Of a DNA stretch of 64,000 nt, positions 23,452 through 35,348 are shown one piece after another. The stretch is from Cyanophora paradoxa CCMP329. Lineage: Eukaryota; Plantae; Glaucophyta. The notes below the pieces were generated by a model, which worked only from the letters and a program-made list of their open reading frames with translations, ran no database searches and was not told where the DNA came from. A program made the translations under genes and the position numbers. The stretch is from positions 1-64,000 of the forward strand of contig QPMI01000325.1 of the NCBI GenBank assembly GCA_004431415.1, given 5' to 3'. How positions within the stretch are numbered: the stretch's first letter is position 1; every line of letters starts with the position of its first letter.

Positions 23452-25269
23452 ATGCACGCGTTCGTGCCGCAGCTGGCGCTGCCGGCACATGATCGGGCAG
23501 ACGGCTTTCAGCATCTAGCTGCCTGGAGGAGCGCGCGCCTTCGCAGCTCCGCGATGACGGCAGCGGACGGCAGACAGTGGCGCTGCGAGGCGACGCCGCT
23601 GCTCCTCCGCACTGGCGCTGGGCGCGGTCGAGTGCTCGCCGTGGGCGGATCGGACAGCGGAGGTGGAGCTGGTATTCAAGCGGACATCAAAACAATTACC
23701 ATGCTGGGAGGCTACGCAGCGACGTCGATCACCGCTGTGACGGCTCAGAACACTCGCGGTAGCCTCGCGGGAACGCGTCCTCGGCTGCTGCAGGCTGATC
23801 GAGTGGGGCCGGCGCGCAGGCATATGGAGCGTCGACGCGATGCTGCCCGAGCTCGTGCGGGCGCGCCACGGGCGATCGCGCACGTCGAAGCCGGCCGGGG
23901 CTCAGCGGCTGAAGCGCGCCGCAGGCGCAGATGGAGCTCGTCCTGAAAGATATCGGGGCGGATTGCGTGAAGGTGCGCACGCGCCCCGACGCGCGCCCCT
24001 CGCCCGTGGGGCGCCCCCCGACGCGCGCCCCTCGCCCTGGCGCTGGACATCCTGAAGACCGGCATGGTGCGCACACGCCCCGGGGCGCCCCCCTCGCCCA
24101 AGCCGCACCGCCAACACGCGCGCGCAGCTGGACAACGACGACACCGTCGTGCGCGCCTCCTCGCGGCCGGCGCACTGCGGCAGCCGCCTCTGAACCGGGG
24201 CCCGCTGCTCAGCGGGCGGTGGCGGCGGTGCTGAGCGAGCCGTACGCCCTCCACACGCCCCTCGTCGTCGACCCGTGCCTGGTGCCGGCCACTGGGCCGC
24301 GCCCGCGGCCTTGAGCGCGAGCTCGCGAGGCGGCAGCGCGGCCTGACGCGGGGGGCGGGGCCTGGGGCGGGGCAGTCGGCGAAGGGCGGGGCGGCGCTGC
24401 TGGAGGAGGAGGCCCTCGCCGCGCTGCGCTTCAGCCTGCTGCCCCGGGCCGATCTCGTCACTCCGAACATCCCCGAGGCCGAGCGCATCGCCGGCCCGCC
24501 CCGTCCCCCCGAGCCCCCCGCCGGGCCCTCGTGACTGCCCTCGCCCGCAGAGGTGCAGATCTACGACGAGGAGTCGACGCGGCGGGCGGCCATCGCCATC
24601 GCCGCCCTCGGGCCGCGGTCCGCCGGCCCCGCCGCGCCGCGCCGCGGGGCGCCTGGTGGCGAGGCGAGGCGCAGGGCGGTGCTGGTGAAGGGCGGGCACG
24701 CGCTCGGGGAGGACGGGCAGGCGCCGGCCACGAGCGCCGACCTCCTCTACACCCCCGCCGACGGCCGCTTCCGGGCCCGCCCCCCGCCCGCTCCCCGGCG
24801 ACCCGCGGGGCGGCCCGTGACGGGCCCCCGCAGGTCTTCCGGGCGCCGCGGCTGGAGACGCGCCATTCGCACGGCACGGGCTGCACCCTCGCCTCCGCCA
24901 TCGGTACGGGCCGCGAGGCCGCCCAGCGCCCGACGTCGACGCTTGTCCGCCGATGCTTCGCGGGCGCCAGCGACGGGCCTCGCGCGGGGCATGGAGCTCG
25001 TGCCGGCGATCGCCGCCGCCCGCAACTTCCTCCACGGCGCCCTGTGCCCGCCCCGCCCTCGCCCCCCGCCCCCGCCCCCCGCCTCACGCACGCTCCCCGC
25101 AGGGCGGAGGCCCCGGGCTTCGGGACGGGCAGCGGGTGCGTGCTCGCGGCGGGGCGCTGGAACTCTCGAGCGGGGGGCCGACGGGGGCGTGGGGGGCAGG
25201 CCGATGGCGCACAACTGGTGCCTGCGACGGGCTGTCCCGGACGCCTGCACGATCGAGGAGCTGCCGTAG
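23452..25269 (+). CDS. thiD: Hydroxymethylpyrimidine/phosphomethylpyrimidine kinase with putative plastid transit peptide
   Basis: [76 protein letters not shown] and GFGTGS-GPMAH. N-terminus MHAFVP. Confidence 0.92.
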
Positions 25270-25399
25270 GGGCGCCCACCCCGGCCCCGCCCACGTCGGC
25301 GCGCGTGGAAGCTATAAAGACCTTCTGCACAACTCTCTACGCTACACGTGGGGAACTGCGGGTCCTAACCTACGATTCACAACGCACGGCGGAAAAAGC

Positions 25400-28300
25400 T
25401 CAGCGGCCCGAGGCGGAGCCCGGAGGGGCGGGGGCGGGGCCCCAGCCGCCCGAGGCGGGGGCGCCGGGGGCCCACGTGCCCGAGCCCCAGGGGGAGGCCG
25501 CCGCGTAGGGGGCGAACCCGTTGGGGGCGGCCGGCGGGGCGGGGGCGGGGGGCGGGGAGTAGGCCTCCGGGGCGGGCGGGGCCTCGACCTGGGCGAGGAA
25601 AGCGCAGACGTCGGGGAAGGAGGGCCGCTGGCTCCGCTCCGCGATGCACGCCGCCGTGAGGTGGGCGAGCCAGGGCGGGACGGCCGGCCCCGCGCGCTGC
25701 AGCCCGGCCACCATCTCGGGCGGCGTGCACCCGTCCCACGCCTCCTGCCGCACCGCCAGCTCCCTGCGCGCCGGCCCCCGTCAGCGGGGCGCGGGGGGCG
25801 TGGGGCGGGGCGGGGCGGACCAGAGGAGGACGCCGAAGGAGAAGACGTCGGCGGGGGCGGTGGGAGGCTCGCCGCGGAGCACCTCGGGGGAGACGTAGGC
25901 GGCCTTGGCGGCGCGGAAGTTGGGGTCCGGGGGCGCCCCGTAGTTGGCGACCTTGGCGCGCATGCCGGCGTCGAGGAGGACGTTGGCCGAGTGGAGGGCC
26001 CCGTGGTGGAGGCCCCGCGCGTGGAGGGCGTGCATCCCCGAGGCGACGTCGCGGGCGAGGGCGGCGACGAGGGCCCAGTCGAGGGCCAGGCCGCGGGCGT
26101 GCACGGCGTCGCGGAGGGAGCCGTTCGCCATGAACTCCATGACGAGGCAGGCGTGCGAGGCCTTGACGCAGACCCCGTGCACGGCGAGCACGTTGCCGTG
26201 CCGCACGCTCCGCAGCAGCTCCGCCCGCCGCCGCAGCGCCTCCACGAGGTCCGGCGAGGCGTTCCGGGGGACCTTGACCGCCACCTCCATCGTCCCGTTC
26301 CTGCCGGCCGGCGGCCTCAGCGGGGCGGGGCGGGGCGCGGGGCGGGGCGGGCGGGGCGGGCACCAGATGGCGCGGTAGACGTCGGCGGGGCGGGCACCAG
26401 ATGGCGGGCACCAGATGGCGCGGGGCGCGGGGCGGGGCGGCGGGGCGGGCACCGCAGCTGCGCCGACGACGTGAGCTTGTCCCACGCCGCCCGCAGCTCC
26501 GGCGAGAGCCCGCTCTCGGCCCCGCGGGGCGGCGGCGGTCGGGAGGCGGCGCGCGCGGCGGCGGGCGCCGGGGCGAAGGCCGCGGCGGCCTCGTGCCAGC
26601 CGTTGGGGAGGAAGCCGCGCGCCCCGACGCTCCAGTCGGCGGCGGGCATGCCGTGCGGCGCCCCGAGCGGCGACGCCTGCGCCGAGGCGAGGGCGCCCCG
26701 GGGCGGACCAGTCGACGGCGGGGGCGAGGGGCGCGCCGAGGCCGGCGAGGCTCGGGGCGCCGATGCCGAGGGAGCTCGACCAGATGGAGCCGGCCGGGCT
26801 CGTGCTCCACGTGATGCTCGGCTTCACCCGCGGCGGGCCCCCCGCCGCCGCCGCCGCCGCTGCCGCCGCTGCCGCCGCCGCCGCCGCAGCCGCAGCGGCA
26901 GCGGCCGGCGTGCTCGGCCCCGGTCCCGGCTGCGGGAGCGGCTGCTGCTGGGGTGTGGATGGCTGCTGCAGGTGCGGGGAGGGGAGCGGGGCGAGCGCCT
27001 GGGGCGGGACGCCCGGCGCGGGGGAGGGTTGCGCGTGCGGGGGCGCCGCAGCCGGGGGCTGGCCCGGGCGTTGGGCCCAGCCCTCCCGAGGCGAGCTACC
27101 GGGCACAGCCGGGGGCGGCGCCGGTCCGGGTTGAGGTGGGACACCGGCCAGTCTCTGCTGCTGCTGCGGCGGAGGCTCGGGTGGCGCCGGCTGACCGGCG
27201 GTGAAGGGCTGGAAGGGAGGTGCGGTGGGGCGGGGGGCGGAGGTGGCGGCGGGAGGGGCGGGGGGAGGGGGGGCGGGGGCGCCGGGGGCTGAGGGCTCGA
27301 CGACGAGGGGCGTGATTTCCGGCTTGACGTGCGCCCAAGGCGCCAGCTTGCTCCCTGCCGGCCTCCCCGCCGCAGCCGCCGCCGCCGCAGCAGCAGCAGC
27401 AGCTGCTGCCGCCGCCGCCGCTGGGGACGGGGCGGGGATCGGCGGGGGAGCGGGAGGTCGGGGCCCTTGGTGCCCCTGCCGCCGCGGGCAGAGGGCGGGG
27501 GCGCGGCCGCCTGCGCAGCGCCGGCCTTGCCGGCCGCCTGCGCCTGCACGGCCGCGGCCGCGGCGGCTGGCGGCTTGCCGGGGACCGGGGCGGCGGATGC
27601 GAGCTTGCGAGGCTCGTCGGGCTTGCGGACGGAGGCGGGGGCCTGGAGGGGCGTGGCGGGGAGGACGAGGGGCGGGGTGATGGGGGCGGGGAGGGGCAGG
27701 GCGGGGACCGGGGCGGGACGGGGACCGCCGGCTCGTCCTTGCGCTTCGGCTTCCGCGTCACAACCTCCCAATCGCTCGCCAGCACCCCGCCCGCGCCGCC
27801 CTTCCCGCCGGCCCCGCCCCCGCGCCGCCCTTGCCCTGCTGCCCCGCCCCCGCCTGCTGCGGCGGCGGCTGCTGCTGCCCGCCCTTGGCGCCCTTGCCGG
27901 CGCCCTTGCCGGCGGCGGCGGCCGAGGTGGAGGCGGGCGAGGCCTGCGGCTGCGCGGCCGCCGGCCCGTCCTCCTTCTCCTCCTTCTTCGCCCCGCTGCC
28001 CGAGGCCTTGCCGGGCCGGCCTTCCCCTCGGCCCCCGGCTTGCCCGCCTGCGCCTTCTCCGCGCCCTTGCCCGCCCCGCTCGCCTCCGCCGACGCCTCCG
28101 CCTTGCGCCCATCCGCCTTGCCCGCCTCCGCCTTCTTCGGCTCCTCGCCTCGCTTCTTCTCCGCCTGCTTCTTCTCCGCCTTGCCCGTCGCCCCCGGCGC
28201 CCCCGAGGACGATGAGGACGACGCCGGGGCCGCCGGGGCCGCCGCCGGGGCCGGGCGGCGGAGCGTTGGGCGGCGGCGGGGCGGGGCGCCGGCTCGCGCG

Positions 28301-31300
28301 CCGAGGCGGCGGTCGGCTGCTCCTCCTCGCTCTCCTCCTCGCTGCTGCTGCCCGAGCCGGCGCTCGCGCTCTCCGTCTCCACGCTGCTCGCCTCCGCCGC
28401 CCGCGCCGCCGGCGCCGGCGCCGGCGCGGCCGCTGCCGCCTTGGCGCCCTTGCCGTTGGCGGGGGCGGGCGGGGCGGGCTTGGCGGCCTCCTTCTCGCGC
28501 TCCTTCTCGGCGATGGCGGCGGCGCGGGCGACGGCGGCGGCGAGGGTGGCGGGCACGGGCTCGGCGGCCGGCCAGGAGCGGGCGTCGCGGTAATATAGGG
28601 CGTCCACCATGAGGCTCTCGGCCGTCGTCAGCAGCGCCCGGATCGTCCCCTCCAGCGCCTCCCCCCCGATCTCCTCGAGCGCCCCCTCCCCCGCCCGCAC
28701 CACGTGCATCAGGTGCAGGCTCTCCGGCGGGCACGCCAGCCGCTTCACGAGGATGCCGTGGATCTTGGAGAGCGGCGACCGCGTCGAGGCCTGCGCAGCG
28801 GCTCGAGGCGGGGGCGGGGCGGGGGCGGGGCGGCGGCGGGGGCGGGGGCGGGGCGGGGGCACCTTGAGGGTCCAGCGGACCTTCTCGGGGAGGGCGAGGT
28901 CGTGGACGCGGAGGGTGACGTTGCCGGCGAGGAACTTGTAGAAGTCGGCGGCGGAGGCGAGGGGGACCTGGGCGAAGGGCCGCGTCTGGAAGCAGACGAT
29001 GTCGCCCGACTCGATCTCGGCCTTGGACATGGTCGTCTCGGGGTCCAGCGCCTCCAGCTCCCCCGGCTTCACCTCCTGGTACGCAACCAGGTTCGCCAGC
29101 GCCGACTCCCGGCTCCCCTGCCCCGCCGCCACCCCGGACCGCTGCACCGCCCGCCGCAGCGCCGGCGCCAGGTGCGACACCCGCGTCCGGCCCTTCACCA
29201 GCGTGTACCCCACGTACCTGCGCGGCGCCGCGTGAGCTGTGGGGGGCGGGGCGGGGCGGGGCGTGGGCGGGGGCGGACTCGAGGAGCTGGCGCTCAGGGT
29301 CGTAGAACTTCATGTGGAGCATGCGGTCGTCGGTGGTGAGCATGGGGGCGGGGCCGGCCGGCGCCCCCTTGGCGCCCTTGCCGCCGGCCTCGTCGGCGGT
29401 GGTCTCGAGGAAGAGGAAGACCTCGTCGACGCCGAGGAAGGTCTCCCGGAGCTCGACGGTCTTCTTGTTGAGCAGCACGGGCGTGTCCGGCCGGAAGGTC
29501 TTGTTCAGGCGCGTCTGGAAGAGCCACAGCCGTTGCTTGTCCGGCGTGATGGAGAAGCGGTCGCGGATGGCCTCCTGGAAGTCGTCCACGGAGAGGGAGC
29601 GCGGCAGCTGGAACGAGGGCACCCGCTCGAACTCGATCAGCTCCGCCGCGTTCTTGTGCGCCCGCAGCTCCGCCTCCGTCGCCACCTGCCCCGCCCGTCG
29701 CGCCGGGCGGGGCGGGGCGGGGCGGGCGGGGCGGGGCGGGGCGGGCGGGCCTTGAAGGTGATGGGGGCGTCGTTCTTGTCCTTGGAGGCGGTCTCGGTGG
29801 CGGTCCCGTCGTGGTCGCGCGGGTCCGACTCCAGCTCCTTCTTCAGCGAGTCCGGCACCTCCTGCCCCGCACGTCACGCCCAGCGGGGGCGGGGGGCGGG
29901 GGGCGGCGCGGGGCAGGGCGGACGTCGAGGGTGAGGGCGGCCATGACGGTGGGGGCCTCGGCCTTGCGGACGTACACGAGCATGCAGGCCGAGTAGTCCA
30001 CGGGGTCGGTCACGTTGGAGCCGCCGAAGTTGGCCCCGATGGCGAGCTTCTCGACGACGCGGCGCACGTCCTCGTCGCTGAACTCGTACCACGAGCCCGT
30101 CATGTCCGGCCGGATGTACGCCAGGTACAGGTCCGTCGTCCCGTCGATCCCGTGCACGATGACGCTGTCCCCGCCCCGCCCCCTCGGCACCCCGCCCGCC
30201 CCGGGCGCGCCGGCCGGCGGGGCGCGCGGACCTCTGGAGCTCGTAGATCGAGCTCTCCTTGGACTGCGCGTCGGCGGGGAGGTACCGAGCCAGGTCCAGC
30301 ACCCCGGGGTACTCGAAGTGGTCCGTCACCTGCACGCCGCTCGCGCCGCCCGGGGCGCGGGGCGCGGGGCGCGGGGCGGGCGGGGGGGCGCGCCTTGACG
30401 TATTTCTTGAGGTGCGGGTCGAAGAGGGCGCGCTCAAGGTGCAGGCGGAGGATGGGGGGGAACGAGAGGAACTTCTTCGTCTGGCGGGCCTTCTTCGCGT
30501 CGATGTCGCCGTTCGCGTTGCTCTTGTAGTAGTCCAGGTCGCCCTCGGAGACGTACTTGTCCAGCGCCTCGTACAGGCCAGCGCAACCGCGCACCTGCAG
30601 CGTCAGATGTGCCCCGCGGACCGTCGAGGAGGCAGCCACGGGCAGCGGGAGCGAGCGGGCCGGCTGCCGGCGCAAGGATATCTCTGAACTTCTCCTTGCC
30701 GGACCAGTCGCACTCGCCGTCGGCGCTCTTGACGGTGCAGAGGAGCTCTCCTTCGAGCAGCCGCGAGACGGCCCCCTCCTCCTTGGTGCTCTATGCAGCG
30801 GCTCGGCGCAGCGGGGGCGGCGGCGAGAGGAGGGGCGGGACCTTGGTGAGGAGGTCGATGGCGCCGCAGAGGAAGGCGTCGATGGGGTGCACGCCCTGCA
30901 GCCTGCGGAGACCCTCCTGCACCGAGTCCATCCCCAGCGTCTTCACCAGGCCCGCCACCAGGTCCGACGTGTCCGCCGAGCCCTTCCCCGAACCCGTCCC
31001 GTGCGCCCCGCCCTCCCGCTGCAGCTTGTAGAAGATCCGCTGCATCTCGTACGGCCAGCTCCGCTGCGTCGACGACCCCGTCCCCGCCGCGCCCGCGCTG
31101 CCGGCGCCGGCGTTCGCTACCGCGCCCCCTGTACCGCTGCCGCTGCCGCTGCCGCTGCCGCTACCGCTACCGCTACTGCCGCCGCTGCCGCTGCCACTCG
31201 CCGCCCCGGCTGCTGCACCTGCCACCGCGCTCGAGCTACAGACGACCGCGGATGAGCCAACGGTCATCCCGCTTGCAGAAGCTATTGCCCCGGAGAGAGC

Positions 31301-32359
31301 TGGGGCTGCGCTGACGCTCTGCGAGCTCGCCATGTGGTACGCGACCTGCGCAGGGCAGCGGGCGGGTCGTTCATGGGCAACCGCAGCAGAGAGAGTGAGC
31401 AGGACGTAAAGCAACTTTGCGCACTCTTCGGAGCGCCGGCAAGTGAAACATGATCTGCAGGAGAGGTCCGAGGAAGCCCGTGTCGTGGCTCTCGCGGTTC
31501 ACGACACCGGCAAAGGGGCACTTCTTACTGCTATCCTTGCCAGCGCTGCAGGAAGCGCAAACGAAAGGAATCAACGCCGGGAGAAAGAACGGTGGTGCGG
31601 GATGCGCATGGACTCACGCGGGCTTCGCAGGGAGGCTTGGAACTTCGGATGCGCTGACGGACACGTCGATGGTCATGGTGACCTTCAGTGTGTCGTCCAC
31701 AAGAAAGCCCTGAGTGGCGTCCGTGAGTGTCTCCACCCGCATGAAGTTCTTCCATCCTGCGGATGGTGTCCGTGAGCGAAAGCGGTCGGGATGATTGCGT
31801 CGCATCTGGAGCTGGGGCGCACCCCATTCGGGAGTCTCGGCACAGAAGATTTGCTTAGCATCGGCTGCGGGGCGGCCGAGCGTCAAGGTTGTCCGGCTTC
31901 GCGGGATGGATGGCAGCTAGCATTGACGCACCGCGCGTGCAGCTCTTGCTTTCATCCTTCTGGTTCACTATGGTTAGCGTGAACAATGCCGGCCGCTTCC
32001 ACCCCTGTCGGCCGCACGGTTCAGGCACGGAGGCAGGCGTGGGGCGACGGCTAGCGGCGCGCCTTCGGGAGTTTGGTGGTGTCGACGGCGACGTACAGTC
32101 CAAGCTCTTCTACACCTTCTCCAGGCGGAAACACAAGCATCCGCCACTTGTACCTGGGCAAAGATCGAGCGATCAATGCCCGCTCCGGCGCTCAGGACGG
32201 CGTGTCGCCGGCCCTCACCCGCCGAGCTGGAACGCATCGCAATAGAACTTCTTCCGCGATCGTTTGCTGAACCTGCGGGCGGCTGAGACGAGCGACGGCG
32301 GGACCGCCGACAAGCGGTGCGAACCGTCGGAAGACGAATGTAGTCGTCTTCCTGCTCAT
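25400..32359 (-). CDS. MATH + USP7-like peptidase (catalytic residues absent) + low-complexity linker + TKL-like pseudokinase
   Basis: MATH (YKWRMLVFP..LGLYVAV, FTLTIVNQ, GWKNFM, GFLVDDTLKV). USP boxes (KFLSFPPILRLHLER, DHFEYPGVLDLARYL, WYEFSDEDV, SACMLVYVR). USP7-like C-terminal region (QRLWLFQTRLNKTFRP, KFYDP). Kinase (VAVK, LVMEFMANGSL, HGALHSANVLL, YVSPEVL, DVFSFGVLLW). Several frame shifts fall in the linker; the start is approximate. Confidence 0.75.
30609..30681 (-). other. U12-type (minor spliceosome) AT-AC intron
   Basis: Sense strand G|ATATCCTTGC...CCTCCTCGAC...CAC|ATCTG. Removal gives KEKFRDLTLQVRGC, matching the USP7 E-x-F-x-D-x-x-L-x-V-x-G segment. Confidence 0.85.
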
Positions 32360-32691
32360 CGTATCGCAACCGCCCGCCCGCGCAAAGCGCGGGTTTTTGA
32401 CGACCGTACCCGGACAGAGATTACCCCCCTCCCCGAGACGAAGACGTGTGATGCACTTCGTAGCGTCATGTGCCTTCAGCCTCCCTGCGGCCGGTCGTGC
32501 CGTTGGGGGGGTGCCAGGCCGCCAGATCGCGTCCCGGGGCGCGGGACCGTCAACTCCAGCACCGGCTGCCCGGCCAGCGGAGCGTACGTCTTTCTTCGGG
32601 GACGCTGCGTGAGCTCCATGCTTCATCTCGCTGTGTGCTTGCTTTTGTTGCTGATCCTGACGCGGCCCTTGGTCGGCTAGGCGATTTGATC

Positions 32692-34283
32692 ATGATCCGT
32701 CGCGTCGGCTGGTCGGCCGGAGTCGCGTCAGGGGCTGCTCACAGCTCCAAATTTCTTCATTCGACAAAACCAACAAACCCGGAAGCAACGACAGCAGATC
32801 TGACCGCAACAACGACACCGGTGCGGTGTTGGATTCCGTTGCAGCTACTCCCTGCTCGCCGCCGCTGCACTGACGCGACTCTTCAGATCGAGAATCAAAC
32901 CCCGGCAACTTCAGTCATAACCTGTTGACCGTGATCGGCGAGGCTTGCAGCACCGAGCGTGTGGTGGCCGTGCAAGCGCTGCAGTCTTTATACATGTTCC
33001 TCGAGGGCGAGGAGGACTTTACGCTCCTGCTCGAGGTTCGAGTCTGCATTGCTGACTGCACTGCCGGCATGCGCCAGCGCTCACAGCGGGCAGGAGTGGG
33101 AGACGCTCTCTGTGCTGCTGCCGCTCCTCGCGCACAGGGAGACCGAAGTCGCGAGCCTCGCGACGCAGATCGTGGAGCTGCTCTGCCTCCAGGGTGCGAG
33201 CGCTCTCTGGGGGCCGGCGGCTCGGCCTGACGGGGTGGGACGTGGGGGGGCAGAGCCGACGCGGGCGAGGCTGGCGGCCATGGGCGTTATTCCACAACTC
33301 CTGGAGCTGCTTCGGCGGCGGGACCGCCGGCTCCTGCGCGGCGTCCTCCGCATCCTCTTCAACATCCTCCCCGGCACGCCGCCCCGCCTCCCGCCGGCGC
33401 CGGGGCGCGCTGAGCGGGGGCGGGCGGGTAGTGCGGAACCAGGAGTACCTGGAGGAGGTGGGGGACGCGGTGGCGCAGCTTGTTCGGGCGGCCGAGGAGG
33501 AGGCGGATCCCGAGCTGCATCGCCTGATATCAGGCCTCACCTTCGCGTTTTCTGTCGATGAGCGGAACTGGAAGACGCTGGGCGCCCAGGGGGCCATCCC
33601 CGCCCTCGTGCGCCTCCTGGACAGCCCGTCCGACGAGGCGCGCGAGTACAGCGCCCGCGCCCTCGGCGCCCTCGCCTGCTGCGAGTCCAACTGGGTCGGC
33701 ATCCTGCGCACGGGCGGCTTCGAGAAGCTGGTGGGGATGCTCTCGGAGGGGCGGGAGAGCCTGCGGGAGAGCGCGGCGACGGCGATCTTCGCGCCCTCGA
33801 ACGCGTACGACGCGCGCGTCTTCGAGGCGGCCGTGGCGCCCCTCGTCGCCGGCCTCTCCTCGGGCAGCGCGCGCCTGCAGTCGGCATGCGCGTCGGCCCT
33901 CTGGGGCCTGGCGGGGCACCCGCGCCTGCGGCAGCTCATCGGCGAGGCCGGCGGCGTGCCCGGCCTCGCCCGCCTCGCCCGCGAGTCCGCCCTCCCCAAG
34001 ACCGTCGAGTACGCCCTCCGCGCCCTCACACTCCTCGCCCAGGACGGTGCCCCCGCCCCCCGCGCTCCGCTCCTCCTGCCCAGCGCCGCGCGCTGAGCGG
34101 GGGCCGGGCCGGGCCGGCGGGGCAGAGCGGGAGCTCCAGTACGAGCTGAACCTCGGGGCGCGGGAGGTCTGCATGCGCCGCCTCGCCGACTCCGAGGAGC
34201 GCGTCGCCTGGGCCGCCGGCCGCATGCTCTGGAACATCACCGCCCCGCACATCCAAATCTCCGGCAACTCCTGGAACAACTAG
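32692..34283 (+). CDS. Armadillo-repeat protein
   Basis: ARM-like helices MGVIPQLLELL, QGAIPALVRLL...AREYSARALGALA and IGEAGGVPGLARL. Stop TAG 34283; 5' end uncertain. Confidence 0.8.
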
Positions 34284-35348
34284 CGCTAGCTATAGCCCGG
34301 CCGCGGGCCCGCGGCCGCCCTCAGCTCTGTTTCCGTCAGCAGCATTTCAAGTCAGCTTTCATGGTGTTTCACGGCGTAGATTTCCTTTGCATTTGGTACT
34401 CCGGGATCGGGAGCGGGATCGTTTGAATGTACAGTACTTGTAGTTGTCAGCGGGTCCGATCACGATCGCGAGTTTCGATTCGTGAAGTTCGACTTTCCTC
34501 TTCGCATATATAATCCCTCATTTTCACACAGTGTTTAGTGCCCCGGGCAGTTGTTCAGCGTTTGTAGAGTGAGGTATTTCATGTGTGTACAAGAATTCGA
34601 AGTCGCTAATAGTGTCGACGTCACTTATATACCAGGTTTTCAGGCTGAGATCATCGGACTTGCAACTGAACTTCAGAATAATCGGACTTGAACTTCGAAT
34701 TCAAATTAACCACTGGGCCAGAAACAATGAAGCCTAAAGAAGCCTCAAAATCAGCTTACTCGCGGCCCATGAGAATTCGAATCATGATCAGAGTTCAACG
34801 GTTTCAAGTTTGAACTGAGAATCTGCCATCCGATGATCATGATCATGCATTCGACCACTGTACCAAGCCTCAGGGCCTGCCCAGTGCCAGACTCTGATCA
34901 TCGGATCATGATCATGAGACTGAACATGAGGCCGACTCCCCGTCGCCAAGTCGCCCCGCCGTCGCTGAGTCGCGAGTCCGACGGTCCCGGGCCCGGGGTC
35001 CGAGTCGGAACCGTTGAACCGTCCGTCGGACCGACTTGCAATTTGTGCCCCACGCCGTGACCGGACGCGTTAAGCTTGGCCTCACTGTCAATTCACTGAG
35101 TCAGGGCCCGCGCGCGGCCGCTGCCTTGAACTTACACATGCATGTACAAGGCTTCAAGGCTCCCAGATCTAGACTCGTGAGAGCCCGGAGTCCCGGAGAG
35201 CAGACTAAGCCGCTGAGCCTCGCTTCATCATTGAGCCTTGTAAATTCAACAGTCACAGTACGAGCTCCTGCCTGCCTGTCACAGCAGTCCCCTGCCTGCC
35301 TGTCTCCCTGCAAAATGGATCCGGCCAGCGGGCGGCGGGGGCGGCGCC

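Noticed and set aside
26690-28020. Several frame shifts in the USP-kinase linker (for example near 28013), suggesting programmed frameshifting or a pseudogene
   Set aside because: They fall in G/C homopolymer runs, so single-base assembly errors are the simplest explanation. Raw reads are needed.
12333-34428. Exact 14-mer GGGATCGTTTGAAT at 12333 and 34415
   Set aside because: A few 14-mer matches are expected by chance in 64 kb, and the similarity does not extend.
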